The notes beneath the pieces were generated by a model. The model was not told the origin of the DNA. It did not search any database and saw nothing but the letters and a program-made list of their open reading frames with translations. From the NCBI GenBank assembly GCA_963841915.1, contig CAWJEN010000005.1, forward strand, positions 96,001 through 160,000: 64,000 nt of DNA, read 5' to 3'. How positions within the stretch are numbered: position 1 is the first letter of the stretch; each line of letters starts with the position of its first letter. The DNA comes from an uncultured Planctomycetota bacterium. Its GTDB lineage: Bacteria > Planctomycetota > Phycisphaerae > Tepidisphaerales > Tepidisphaeraceae. Position numbers and translations under genes: made by a program. This document shows, piece after piece, positions 46,282 to 56,078 of the stretch.

Positions 46282-47343
46282 TTATGCTTCGCTGCTTGCG
46301 TCGCCTGTCGCGGCGAGCACACGCTGGCGGTGGTGGCGACGGACACTGAGGTCGATCGCCATGGCAATGGCGGCCTTCATGCTCGACGGATCGGCCTTGT
46401 TCTTACCGGCAATGTCGAAAGCGGTGCCGTGGTCCGGGCTGGTCCGCACGATCGGCAGGCCCAGCGTCAGGTTCACGCTCTTCTCGAAGCCGACGAGCTT
46501 CACCGGAATCAGGCCCTGATCGTGGTACATTGCGACGACGGCATCGAATTCGCCCTTCAGGGCACGCAGGAACGCCGTGTCGCCCGGCAGCGGGCCAATG
46601 CAGTCGATGCCGTTGTTGCGGGCCAGCTGCATCGCCGGCTCGATGAGGCGTTCTTCTTCGTCACCGAACGCGCCGTTTTCGCCCGCATGGGGATTGAGGC
46701 CACAAACAGCAATGCGCGGGCGAGGTACGTCAAACCAGTCGACGAGCGCGTGATGCAACAGGTCGATCGGGCGAAAGATCGTGCCGATCTTGAGGCGGCC
46801 CCACAGCGAGTTGATGCCGACGTGTGTGGTGGCGAGGGCCACACGAAGCGGGCCGCCGGCGAACATCATCGCGTAGTCACGGCTACCGGTTTTCTCCGCG
46901 AACAGCTCGGTGTGGCCCGGGTAGTTGTACCCGGCGAGGTGCCAGCTTCGCTTGGCGATGGGAGCGGTGACGACGGCATCGACGAGATTCGCCTGAGCGG
47001 CGGTGATGGCGTCGAGACAGAACCGAAGGCTCGCCCTGCCGCCGTCGCGGCTGGGCCCGCGCGTGCTGGCCGCCAGGCCGCTCGTGGTCGAGAACTGGTC
47101 ATAGTCAACGACCACGACTTCGTGCCCGTACCGACGCTGCCGGCCGGCAAAGGCGTCACGCCACCAGAAGACGTCCATCTCCGCCAAATCGGCCGCGTAG
47201 GCCAGTTGCTCGTTGAGGCCGTAGACGACGAACCGTGCCCGCTGACGAAGCTCTGCGTCGGCCAGGGCTTTGACCACGACCTCGGGCCCGATGCCGCTCG
47301 GATCTCCCATGGTGATGGCGATAGTCGGGCGGAAGTCGGTCAT
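46282..47343 (-). CDS. pdxA: 4-hydroxythreonine-4-phosphate dehydrogenase
   Basis: MGDPSGIGPE, GHTE, NPHAGE, MYHDQGLIP, RTSPDHGTAFDIAG. Confidence 0.96.
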   Translation of the reverse strand: MTDFRPTIAITMGDPSGIGPEVVVKALADAELRQRARFVVYGLNEQLAYAADLAEMDVFWWRDAFAGRQRRYGHEVVVVDYDQFSTTSGLAASTRGPSRDGGRASLRFCLDAITAAQANLVDAVVTAPIAKRSWHLAGYNYPGHTELFAEKTGSRDYAMMFAGGPLRVALATTHVGINSLWGRLKIGTIFRPIDLLHHALVDWFDVPRPRIAVCGLNPHAGENGAFGDEEERLIEPAMQLARNNGIDCIGPLPGDTAFLRALKGEFDAVVAMYHDQGLIPVKLVGFEKSVNLTLGLPIVRTSPDHGTAFDIAGKNKADPSSMKAAIAMAIDLSVRRHHRQRVLAATGDASSEA

Positions 47344-48011
47344 GATCGCGGTCCTGTCAGCTCTCGACGCTGAATCATGTCCAACAACTGGCCCGCGGGC
47401 AACTGCGACGCGTCGGCATTTGCGGCGAGCATCTTGGCCAACGTGTGCACGACGCCTTTGGCCAGCACGTCTGCCTCGAAGTTGAAGTGCCAGCCGATGT
47501 CGCGATCGCCGAGGGCCGTCTTTTGCAGCGTCGTCGGAATGAGGGCGACGTCGAAGGTTTCTGCGGTCAGCGACGCGACAGTGAGCGAGACGCCGTCGAT
47601 GCAGACGCTGCCTTTGGGAAATACGAACGGCATCAATGCCGCGGGCGGCTTTACAGTGAGTCGCCATTCTTCATCGGTCGCGACGCGTTCGACAAGCTCT
47701 GCCCGCCCGTCGACGTGGCCTTGGACGAAGTGGCCGTCGATGCGCGACGTCGGCTGAAGCGACCGTTCGACGTGGACGCGGTCGCCCTGCTGCAGGTCGC
47801 CGAGGTTGGTCTTGTCGAGCGACTCGCGGATGACGTCGAATGCGAGGCCGTCGGGCAAGATCTCGGCGACGGTCAGGCAGCAGCCGTTGACGGCAATGCT
47901 TTCGCCGTGCTGCTCGTCGCCCCAGCGGTGACCCAGAACAATGCGGCGTCCGCCGGCATGGTCCTGCAGGGTGGCGATCTCGACGGCCGCCTCGACGATG
48001 CCCGTGAACAT
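47340..48011 (-). CDS. ribE: Riboflavin synthase
   Basis: MFTGIV, SIAVNGCCLT, GHFVQGHVD, KGS..IDGVSLT. Confidence 0.96.
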   Translation of the reverse strand: MFTGIVEAAVEIATLQDHAGGRRIVLGHRWGDEQHGESIAVNGCCLTVAEILPDGLAFDVIRESLDKTNLGDLQQGDRVHVERSLQPTSRIDGHFVQGHVDGRAELVERVATDEEWRLTVKPPAALMPFVFPKGSVCIDGVSLTVASLTAETFDVALIPTTLQKTALGDRDIGWHFNFEADVLAKGVVHTLAKMLAANADASQLPAGQLLDMIQRRELTGPRS

Positions 48012-48061
48012 GCAACACCGTAGCGGAGCGGCGGTGACAGTCGTGCCCGCTAGCGTCGATC

Positions 48062-48883
48062 ATGTCACGCCATTTGAAGGACATGATCTGCCTCATCACT
48101 GGTGCCAGCAGCGGCATCGGCCAGGCGCTGGCCCGTCAACTCGGCGACGCAGGGGCAAAGCTCGTCCTCGTCGCCCGACGCGGCGACAAGCTCGACAGCC
48201 TTAACGAAGAACTCGGCGGTGGGCACCTCGTCCACGTCGGAGATGTCTCGACGGCCGACGCGTGTCGCGACATGATCGACGCCTGCTACGACCGCTTCGG
48301 CCGCCTCGATACGCTCGTCGCCAACGCCGGTTATGGCATCAGCAAGCCATCGTGGAAGCAGACCCCTGACGAGGTCCGCCAAATGTTCGCCACGAACGTC
48401 TTCGGCAGTCACGACCTGGCATTCCATGCCGTCCCGCGGATGCTCGAGCAGGACAAACGCGACGATTATCGCGGGCAGATCGTCTATGTCAGCTCCGCCG
48501 CCGCCCGCCGGGGGTTGCCGTTCTTCGGGCCCTACTCAGCAACGAAAGCGGCCCAGCTGTCACTGGCCGAAACGATGCGAGTCGAACTGGCCGATGAGAA
48601 GATCGCCGTGACGAGCGTTCACCCGATCGGCACGACCACATCTTTCTTTGACGTTGCAGAAGACGGCCATGACAACACCAAGGTGACTGGCATCGGAAAC
48701 CGTGGCCAGCAACAGACGGCCGAGCACGTCGCCAGCCGCATGCTCGCGGCCATTCAGAAGCCGGTCCGCGAGGTCTGGCCCGCACGGGTCTACCGGTTCC
48801 TGCTTGGGATGACCACCATCACGCCCGGCGTTGGTGACCGCGTCATGCGAAAGATGAAACAGCAGATCGATGCCGAGGCCTAA
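48062..48883 (+). CDS. SDR family oxidoreductase
   Basis: TGASSGIG, ANAG, YSATK. Confidence 0.92.
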   Translation: MSRHLKDMICLITGASSGIGQALARQLGDAGAKLVLVARRGDKLDSLNEELGGGHLVHVGDVSTADACRDMIDACYDRFGRLDTLVANAGYGISKPSWKQTPDEVRQMFATNVFGSHDLAFHAVPRMLEQDKRDDYRGQIVYVSSAAARRGLPFFGPYSATKAAQLSLAETMRVELADEKIAVTSVHPIGTTTSFFDVAEDGHDNTKVTGIGNRGQQQTAEHVASRMLAAIQKPVREVWPARVYRFLLGMTTITPGVGDRVMRKMKQQIDAEA

Positions 48884-48893
48884 CCCGAAGCGC

Positions 48894-49934
48894 TTACAAC
48901 TTCAGCTCGAACGCCGCCCGCACGTACGCGCCGTCGTCGATTTCGGCGAGCAGATCGACGTCGCGCGTGTCCCACCCTTCCTCGATCCTGCGATCGAACG
49001 CCCAGCCGCCGGCCAGGACAAAGCGAAATTCCTCAATCGTTTTCCCCGGCTCGATCGCCAAACCGACTTCTGCCAGATTCTGACTGAAAAAGACGCGGTC
49101 GCCCGCCCGCAGTTCGTCCCACGAGGCGGCAACGGTTCGACTGCTGATGCTCCCATACAGCTCCAACGGCCGGTCCCACACGCGGGCGATGTCGTACTCG
49201 ATCGAGCCGCTGACGGCGCTGGGCAGCGCGAGCTGAATGTCGATCGACAGCCGATCGGTCGGCTCCCATTCGAAACCGCTGAACGGAAAGCCGACAGCCA
49301 GCGAGAAGTTGTCGTTGAGCTCGCGTCGGTACTGGAAGCCTGGCAGCGGGACGTCGGGCAGGATCGTCCGGTTGCCGTCGAAGCTCAGGACAAGGCCGAA
49401 GCTGTCACCGGATTCGAAGGTTTTACCGACGGCGAAGTTGGCTTGGGCGTACGGGGCATTGCCGTCTTCGGGCAGGAATGGCGCGACGTCATTGGCCGCT
49501 TCGTCACCGCCGCCGCTCGCCGATGCGTAGCCGATGCCGACGGTCACGCCACCAAGCCAGCCGTCGACGGCCAGAATGCCCATGCCGACACCCACGCTGC
49601 CATCACCGATGCGGCGTGGTACGTTCGGGTCGTCTGAATCGAGCTGAAAAGCTGTCAACGCATACCCCGCACGCGGCTGCGCACGGGCGAGTCCCTCGTC
49701 ACTTTCACCAGGCGTCAGGCGGACGCGGCCTTCGAAGCGGATCTGGTCGATGCGGAAGTCGAAACCGTTATTCGTCGTCGTCGGCGTACCGATGAGCCAT
49801 TCGCTGTTGATCTCGATCTGATCGTCCCGGCGAAACGGGTCGAGAAGCAGGGTCGGGCCCGTCTGCGCCGCCACCATGGCGTTGGTCACGAACAAGGCGG
49901 CGACGGCAACAACGTTTCGACAACTCTTGGGCAT
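48894..49934 (-). CDS. Putative outer-membrane beta-barrel protein
   Basis: Signal peptide; alternating beta-strands; C-terminal YVRAAFELKL. Confidence 0.6.
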   Translation of the reverse strand: MPKSCRNVVAVAALFVTNAMVAAQTGPTLLLDPFRRDDQIEINSEWLIGTPTTTNNGFDFRIDQIRFEGRVRLTPGESDEGLARAQPRAGYALTAFQLDSDDPNVPRRIGDGSVGVGMGILAVDGWLGGVTVGIGYASASGGGDEAANDVAPFLPEDGNAPYAQANFAVGKTFESGDSFGLVLSFDGNRTILPDVPLPGFQYRRELNDNFSLAVGFPFSGFEWEPTDRLSIDIQLALPSAVSGSIEYDIARVWDRPLELYGSISSRTVAASWDELRAGDRVFFSQNLAEVGLAIEPGKTIEEFRFVLAGGWAFDRRIEEGWDTRDVDLLAEIDDGAYVRAAFELKL

Positions 49935-49984
49935 GGGCGATCGAGCCTATCCGTCACAACCGTTGTCGCCTACGTTCAGGCTTC

Positions 49985-50632
49985 GTGGTTGTCCGCCTTC
50001 TCCTGCTGCTCGTCATCCTGCCGCTTACCGGCTGCGCCACGATCCGCGTCACCGATCCGCCGCGCTCCGCCGACGAGCAGTTCCTCCAGAGCGAGGCCAT
50101 CCGGCAGGCCATCGCACAGTTCTCGTTCAGCAGTCTGCGAGACCGCCGCGTCTTCCTGAGCGACCAGTACCTCATGACGACCGACAACCTGCAGGTCGAG
50201 GGCATTGGGGCCGTCCCGGAGTACGAGCGGCTGTTCCTGCTCGGTGAGCTTCGCAATCGCATGCTCATCGAGGGCGTGGAGCTGGCCTCGACCATCGACA
50301 CAAGCGACATCGTCCTCGAAGTGCGATCCGGAGCCGTCGGCGTCAACCGCAGCGACTTCCTGCTCGGCGTGCCCGGAACTGATGTGGCTGTGGGCGATGT
50401 CGAGGTCAGCGGCAACCAGATTCCCGTCATCCTGCCCGAGTTGGCGATCGTCAAGAACGTCAAGCAGCGCGGCTTTGCCAGCGTCAGCATCACGGCCTAC
50501 TGGCGTGACACGGGCAACCTCGTCGCCAGCAGCGGGCCATTCGTCGGCCGCACGATCCGGACCGACTACTGGTTCTTCGGCCTCGGCCCGCGGACCTCGG
50601 GTGATATTCCGCCCGTCGAAGCCGACGAGTAG
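49985..50632 (+). CDS. Lipoprotein (DUF6655-like)
   Basis: Lipobox LTGC; PPRSADEQFLQSEAI motif. Confidence 0.6.
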   Translation: MVVRLLLLLVILPLTGCATIRVTDPPRSADEQFLQSEAIRQAIAQFSFSSLRDRRVFLSDQYLMTTDNLQVEGIGAVPEYERLFLLGELRNRMLIEGVELASTIDTSDIVLEVRSGAVGVNRSDFLLGVPGTDVAVGDVEVSGNQIPVILPELAIVKNVKQRGFASVSITAYWRDTGNLVASSGPFVGRTIRTDYWFFGLGPRTSGDIPPVEADE

Positions 50633-50642
50633 CGAAAACGGT

Positions 50643-51101
50643 TCACGCGACCTTGCGGATCGAACGCACGTGGTCCGACAGCTCGGTGGGCGTTGCGTCC
50701 AGGCGAATTTGCACGCCCACGTCCCAGGTGTCGGCATCGAGCGGGCGACACCGTTTGACCTGGCCGAGCAGGTGAACGATCCCGCCACGCTCTCGCGGGA
50801 GCACGAGTAGGAAGCGGCTCTCGATGGCCATCGGGGTGTTGCAGATAATGCCCAAACCGCTCGGGGCGATGTTGCGGACCCGCACCATCATCGAGGCGTG
50901 CCCGCCGGGCGTGAGCTTCATGTGGTCGGCGACGGCCGGATGACCTTCGTCGGCGGGCAGAGGCAGAATCGTCACACGTTGCCGAAGACCGACGCGTGGC
51001 AGCTTTCGTCGACGCAGGCCGCTACCGGCCTGACCCGAGCGCGCGTGAATTCCGTCGCTGCGGAGGCTTCGGAGCACTTCGAGTAGGTGTTCAGCGGTCA
51101 T
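50643..51101 (-). CDS. PilZ-domain protein
   Basis: RRKLPR (RxxxR) and NIAPSGLG (D/NxSxxG-like); C-terminal VG..I. Confidence 0.75.
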   Translation of the reverse strand: MTAEHLLEVLRSLRSDGIHARSGQAGSGLRRRKLPRVGLRQRVTILPLPADEGHPAVADHMKLTPGGHASMMVRVRNIAPSGLGIICNTPMAIESRFLLVLPRERGGIVHLLGQVKRCRPLDADTWDVGVQIRLDATPTELSDHVRSIRKVA

Positions 51102-51303
51102 CTTCTTGCTTCTTCATCGCCATCACAAAGGGTCGACTGGTCCCCGCGCCCGTTACCGGACGGCCGTTGAGCCTGCAGACGACACCGTCGACACCGCCAA
51201 CATCCGATTGGCGTAGCGTTGGTGCAACCACTTGCCCCGCGTTGACTTTGCCGAAGCGGCCTCTTTAGGGTGGCGACCCCTCTGCCTTCGTCTGCCAACG
51301 CCT

Positions 51304-52443
51304 ATGCCCTCTCGACAGCCCGCACTGAAGCCCAAGGCTTACCTCAAGGCCCGCCACAAAACCGCCGACAAGGCGCTCGACTCCCTCGGCATCGACGCCC
51401 TGCTGCTGACGACCCCGGCAGATCTGGCCTACCTCACCAACTTCACCGGTGATGATTCGATCGGCATCTACACCAAGGCCGACACGTTCCTCATCACCGA
51501 CTTCCGCTACACGGAACAGGCCGAGATGGAGGCAGCCTGGTTGAAGGTGATCGAGCGGAAAGATGAGATCAACCGCATGGCCACCGCCATCGCCCACACG
51601 ATCAAGGCTCAGGGCTTCTCGAAGGTCGGCTTCGACGCCAACTCGATGCTGGTTGGGCAGTACGACGCGGTGCTCGAGGCCCTCGACGGGTTCGACCACG
51701 ATTGCGAGCTCATTGCAACGGCTGATGTGATCCTTACGCAGCGGAAGGTAAAGGACGATCACGAGATCGGCCTGCTCCGCGTCGCCGCCGAAGTTGCCGA
51801 AGAAGCTTTTAATGCTGTCCGCTCGTCGATTCAACCGGGCGAAACCGAGGGGTACTTAGCCGGCCTGCTGGCAATGGAAATGAAGTCGCGTGGGGCGACG
51901 GACCCGAGTTTCAGCCCAATCGTCGCAGCAGGCCCCGCCAGCTCGCTGCCGCACTATCGCCCCAGCGACGCGTTGCTGCAGAAGGACGCCTTTTGCCTCT
52001 TTGACTGGGGCGCACGCGTGGACGGCTATTGCAGCGACATGACCCGCACGTTCGCCCTGGGACGCGTGTCGTCAAAACTCAAGGAGATTCACAAGGTCAC
52101 GCTCGACGCGCAACTGGCAGCCATCGAGTTCATCCGGCCGGGCGTCGGCAGCAAGGAAGTCGACGCCGTCGCCCGCGACATCATCAAAAAGGCCGGATAC
52201 GGCGACTACTTCGGTCACGGCCTGGGGCACGGCATCGGTCGCGACATCCATGAGCTGCCGCGACTTCGCAAAGAAGGCGACGACGACGAACTGCGGCCCG
52301 GCATGGTCGTCACCGTCGAACCAGGTATCTACCTGCCAGGCGAAGGTGGCGTGCGAATCGAAGACGACATCCTCGTCACGCACACCGGCCACGAGCTGCT
52401 GACAGGCCTGCCCAAGACCTTCCAGGACTGCCACATCGAATAG
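51304..52443 (+). CDS. Xaa-Pro peptidase (M24)
   Basis: [51 protein letters not shown]. Confidence 0.93.
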   Translation: MPSRQPALKPKAYLKARHKTADKALDSLGIDALLLTTPADLAYLTNFTGDDSIGIYTKADTFLITDFRYTEQAEMEAAWLKVIERKDEINRMATAIAHTIKAQGFSKVGFDANSMLVGQYDAVLEALDGFDHDCELIATADVILTQRKVKDDHEIGLLRVAAEVAEEAFNAVRSSIQPGETEGYLAGLLAMEMKSRGATDPSFSPIVAAGPASSLPHYRPSDALLQKDAFCLFDWGARVDGYCSDMTRTFALGRVSSKLKEIHKVTLDAQLAAIEFIRPGVGSKEVDAVARDIIKKAGYGDYFGHGLGHGIGRDIHELPRLRKEGDDDELRPGMVVTVEPGIYLPGEGGVRIEDDILVTHTGHELLTGLPKTFQDCHIE

Positions 52444-52502
52444 TCGTCGCGACGGCACGTCGACTTGCTTTGACCGCACTGACCCGAATCGAGACCTCAA
52501 CT

Positions 52503-53006
52503 GTGGCGACCAAACCCCCTGCCAAGCCCGACGCCAAGAGCGTGACCGGTGACCCGATGGACGTCGAACGCCTCGAGCGTTTGTTCGGCCTGATGACCGA
52601 GCACGGCCTGACCAACCTTGAACTCCAAGACGGCGACAAACGCATCACGCTGTCCCGCGGTCAAGTCGCCGCCGCACCCGCCGCGCCGCCGGCGCCGATG
52701 GCCGCGGCGCCTGCGGCAGCACCTGCCCCCGCCGCCGCGCCTGCCGCTGCTGCGTCGACGGCCGGGCTCAAGGAGATCGTCAGCCCGATGGTCGGCACCT
52801 TCTACGCCTCGCCCAAGCCCGGCTCGCCCGCCTTCATCAGCGTCGGCACCAAGGTCGCCGGCAGCACCGACGTCTGCATCATCGAAGCCATGAAGGTCTT
52901 CAACACAATTAAGGCCGACGTGTCGGGCACGGTCGAGCAGATCCTCGTTGCCGACGGCGACGCGGTGGAATTCGGTCAGGTTCTGTTCCTCGTCAAGCCG
53001 AGCTAA
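52503..53006 (+). CDS. accB: Biotin carboxyl carrier protein (start uncertain)
   Basis: Ala/Pro linker, SPMVGTFY, EAMK. Confidence 0.95.
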   Translation: MATKPPAKPDAKSVTGDPMDVERLERLFGLMTEHGLTNLELQDGDKRITLSRGQVAAAPAAPPAPMAAAPAAAPAPAAAPAAAASTAGLKEIVSPMVGTFYASPKPGSPAFISVGTKVAGSTDVCIIEAMKVFNTIKADVSGTVEQILVADGDAVEFGQVLFLVKPS

Positions 53007-53020
53007 GGAGACGCCGAGCC

Positions 53021-54361
53021 ATGTTCTCCAAAGTTCTTGTTGCCAATCGGGGTGAGATCGCGCTGCGGGTGATGCGTGCGTGTCGTGAGCTGGGCGTGAG
53101 CACAGTGGCGGTCTACAGCGAGGCCGACCGCGGCGCGAGCTATCTGGAGCTGGCCGACAAGGCGATCTGCATCGGTCGCGGTCCGTCGGCTGACAGCTAT
53201 CTCAACGTCAGCCGCATCATCGCCGCCGCCGAGGTGCACGATGTGGACGCGATTCACCCGGGTTACGGATTCTTAGCTGAGAACTCGAACTTCAACGAGG
53301 TCGTGCGGTCATGCAAGATCGGTTTCATCGGCCCAAGTCCCGAGGCGATGGCGGCCGTCGGTGACAAGGTCAACTGCAAGCGGCTCGCCCGTGCCGCCAA
53401 CGTGCCGACCGTGCCGGGTAGCGAAGGCGAGCTGGAGACCGAAGAGGAGGCCGTCGAGCTTTGTGAGGAGATCGGGTTCCCGGTGATCATCAAAGCCGCC
53501 GCCGGTGGTGGCGGGCGTGGCATGCGGGTCGCACGTGACGAGAAGAGCCTCCGCGAAGGCTTCAACCAGGCCAAGAACGAGGCCCAGGCCGCCTTTAACG
53601 ACGGCACGGTTTACATCGAAAAGTTTGTCGAGTACGGCCGCCACGTGGAGGTGCAGGTCATCGCCGACAAGAACGGCAAGGCCATCCACCTCTGGGAGCG
53701 CGACTGCTCGCTGCAGCGACGCCACCAGAAGCTCATGGAAGAGTCGCCCTCGCCGCATATCAGCCAGAAGACACGCGAGGCCATGTGCGCCGCGGCGTGT
53801 CGGCTGATCGAGGAGGCGAAGTACGAGAACGCAGGCACCGTCGAGTACCTCGTCGACGCCGACGAGAACTTTTACCTGCTGGAAGTCAACGCCCGCATCC
53901 AGGTCGAGCACCCGGTGACAGAGGCGGTGACGGGGCTCGACCTCATCAAGCTGCAGTTGCAGGTTGCCAGCGGCGACGGCCTGGGTCTGACGCAGGCCGA
54001 CGTGCCGCAGATCGGTCACGCGATCGAGTTCCGCATCAACGCCGAGGACCCGGCGAAGAACTTCATGCCGCAGCCGGGCGTGATCGACACGTGGCTGCCC
54101 CCGGGCGGGCCGGGCGTTCGACTCGACACGCACGCCCATGCCGGGTACCGGATTCCGCCGAACTATGACTCGATGATCGGCAAGCTCATCATCCACCGCC
54201 GTGATCGGGCCGAGGCGATGGCTTGTGCCAAGCGCGCGCTGAGCGAGTTCCGCGTCGGGCCGATCAAGACGACGATCCCGCTTCACCTGCAACTGCTCGA
54301 AGTGCCGCAGGTTCGCGACGGCGGCTTCGACACCGGCTTTGTCGAACGCGAAGTGCTTTGA
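53021..54361 (+). CDS. accC: Biotin carboxylase
   Basis: ANRGEIA, HPGYGFLAEN, GGGGRGMR, RDCSLQRRHQK, RIQVEHPVTE. Confidence 0.97.
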   Translation: MFSKVLVANRGEIALRVMRACRELGVSTVAVYSEADRGASYLELADKAICIGRGPSADSYLNVSRIIAAAEVHDVDAIHPGYGFLAENSNFNEVVRSCKIGFIGPSPEAMAAVGDKVNCKRLARAANVPTVPGSEGELETEEEAVELCEEIGFPVIIKAAAGGGGRGMRVARDEKSLREGFNQAKNEAQAAFNDGTVYIEKFVEYGRHVEVQVIADKNGKAIHLWERDCSLQRRHQKLMEESPSPHISQKTREAMCAAACRLIEEAKYENAGTVEYLVDADENFYLLEVNARIQVEHPVTEAVTGLDLIKLQLQVASGDGLGLTQADVPQIGHAIEFRINAEDPAKNFMPQPGVIDTWLPPGGPGVRLDTHAHAGYRIPPNYDSMIGKLIIHRRDRAEAMACAKRALSEFRVGPIKTTIPLHLQLLEVPQVRDGGFDTGFVEREVL

Positions 54362-54367
54362 GTCGCT

Positions 54368-54760
54368 TCACTTCAGGGCGAGCTCGTCAGGAATCTCCCG
54401 CGGCCGCCCGTCGCGACCGACGCAGGCGATGGCCGTCTTGCCTGTCGCCAGCAAGGTGTTTCCGCACTTGAGGGTGTAGTCGTGCTCGATCTTGACATGC
54501 GTACGGCGGGTTTCGGTCGTCGTGAGGTCGACCTCGTCGTCGTACTTCGCCGGCCGCTTGTAGGTGATTTCGGCCTTGATCACGACGAAGTAGACGCCGG
54601 CCTTCTCCAGGTCGGCGTAGGCGACGCCGTTGGCCCGGAGCAGCTCGACGCGACCGATCTCGAAGTACTGCAAGAAGCGGCTGTGGTGCAGGTAACCCAT
54701 GGCGTCGACCTCGGTGTAGCGGACGCGAAGGGTGGTGGTTTGAGAGAGATCGGCCGACAT
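54368..54760 (-). CDS. YbgC-like acyl-CoA thioesterase
   Basis: VRYTEVDAMG.LHH..FLQYFEIGR. Confidence 0.88.
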   Translation of the reverse strand: MSADLSQTTTLRVRYTEVDAMGYLHHSRFLQYFEIGRVELLRANGVAYADLEKAGVYFVVIKAEITYKRPAKYDDEVDLTTTETRRTHVKIEHDYTLKCGNTLLATGKTAIACVGRDGRPREIPDELALK

Positions 54761-54895
54761 GCAGCAGTTTATAGACGCGGCCGCGTCGGCCGGGCTACAC
54801 TGCGGGCCCGCCGGTGCATGGGCATCGGTGGCGTTCGCATCGACCTCTATCAGGCGGCGACACATGACACACCTCTCGAAGGAAATGACCGGCTC

Positions 54896-55084
54896 ATGAT
54901 CAAGGTGAAGCTCCGCGGCGGCGAAACGACCGACCAGCTGCTCAAGCGTTTTAAGAAGTCCTGCGAGAAGGAAGGTCTTGTCAAGGACATAAAGAAGAAC
55001 GCGTACTACGAGAAGCCCAGCGAAGAAAAGCGTCGCCTCGCCAAGCGCCGCCCCATGGGTCTTCGTTACGCCGCCCGCGGCTGA
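54896..55084 (+). CDS. rpsU: 30S ribosomal protein S21
   Basis: LKRFKKSCEKEG...YYEKPSE. Confidence 0.93.
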   Translation: MIKVKLRGGETTDQLLKRFKKSCEKEGLVKDIKKNAYYEKPSEEKRRLAKRRPMGLRYAARG

Positions 55085-55098
55085 GCCACCTTGTCACG

Positions 55099-56037
55099 AT
55101 GACCGTCGCCGAACCGGCAACGCGTGTTGAACCAGCCCCGCCCGTCGGCGGGGCTGGTGCCGTTGACAACGCCATCGAGATTCAGCAGCTCAGCAAAGTC
55201 TACAAAGATTTTTGGGGCCGCCCCAAAGTCACCGCCCTGCACGGCCTCGACCTCACCATCAAAAAGGGCGAAGTCTTCGGCCTGCTCGGCCCCAACGGCA
55301 GCGGTAAGTCGACGACAATCAAGCTTCTGCTCGGCCTGATCTTCCCTACGGGTGGCAGCGCCAAACTGCTCGGCATGTCGGCCGGACATCCGGACGTCAA
55401 CGCCCGCATCGGCTTTCTACCTGAAGAGTCGTACCTCTACCGCTTTCTCAACGGCGAGGAAATCCTGCGGTTCTACGGCAAGCTCTTCAAGCTCAGCCGC
55501 CGCGAACTCGACGAGCGGATTCCGCTCCTCCTCGACGCCGTCGGCCTCGACGCCAAGGCACGACGCCGCAAGCTACGAGAGTACTCCAAAGGCATGGCCC
55601 GCCGCATCGGCCTTGCCCAGGCGCTCATCAACGATCCTGAACTCGTCATCCTCGACGAGCCGACCACCGGCCTCGACCCCATCGGCACGCGGGAGATGAA
55701 GGACCTCATTGTTTCGCTCAAGGAGCAAGGCAAAACCGTCCTGCTGTGCAGTCACCTTTTGGCCGACGTCGAAGACGTCTGCGATCGCGTGACCATTCTG
55801 TTTCGTGGCAAGATGCAGACGCTTGGCCAGGTCAGCGAGCTGACGCAGGATCGCGGCGTTACGAGTGTTGAACTACCTGACATGACGCCTCAGCAGCAGG
55901 ACGAACTTCGCCAATTTCTGGCCAAGATAGGCCACGGCGACGCCCGATTCACGCACCCGCGGACCACGCTCGAAGACCTGTTCCTCCGCATCGTCCGCGA
56001 CAACAGCGGTGGTGGCACGTATACGTCCTCCGAGTAG
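55099..56037 (+). CDS. ABC-2 type ATPase
   Basis: GPNGSGKST, YSKGM, LDEPTTGLDP, SH. Confidence 0.93.
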   Translation: MTVAEPATRVEPAPPVGGAGAVDNAIEIQQLSKVYKDFWGRPKVTALHGLDLTIKKGEVFGLLGPNGSGKSTTIKLLLGLIFPTGGSAKLLGMSAGHPDVNARIGFLPEESYLYRFLNGEEILRFYGKLFKLSRRELDERIPLLLDAVGLDAKARRRKLREYSKGMARRIGLAQALINDPELVILDEPTTGLDPIGTREMKDLIVSLKEQGKTVLLCSHLLADVEDVCDRVTILFRGKMQTLGQVSELTQDRGVTSVELPDMTPQQQDELRQFLAKIGHGDARFTHPRTTLEDLFLRIVRDNSGGGTYTSSE

Positions 56038-56078
56038 ACTCTTCTAGCTCGAAGCCGCGTGCGTCACCCGTCGAAACC

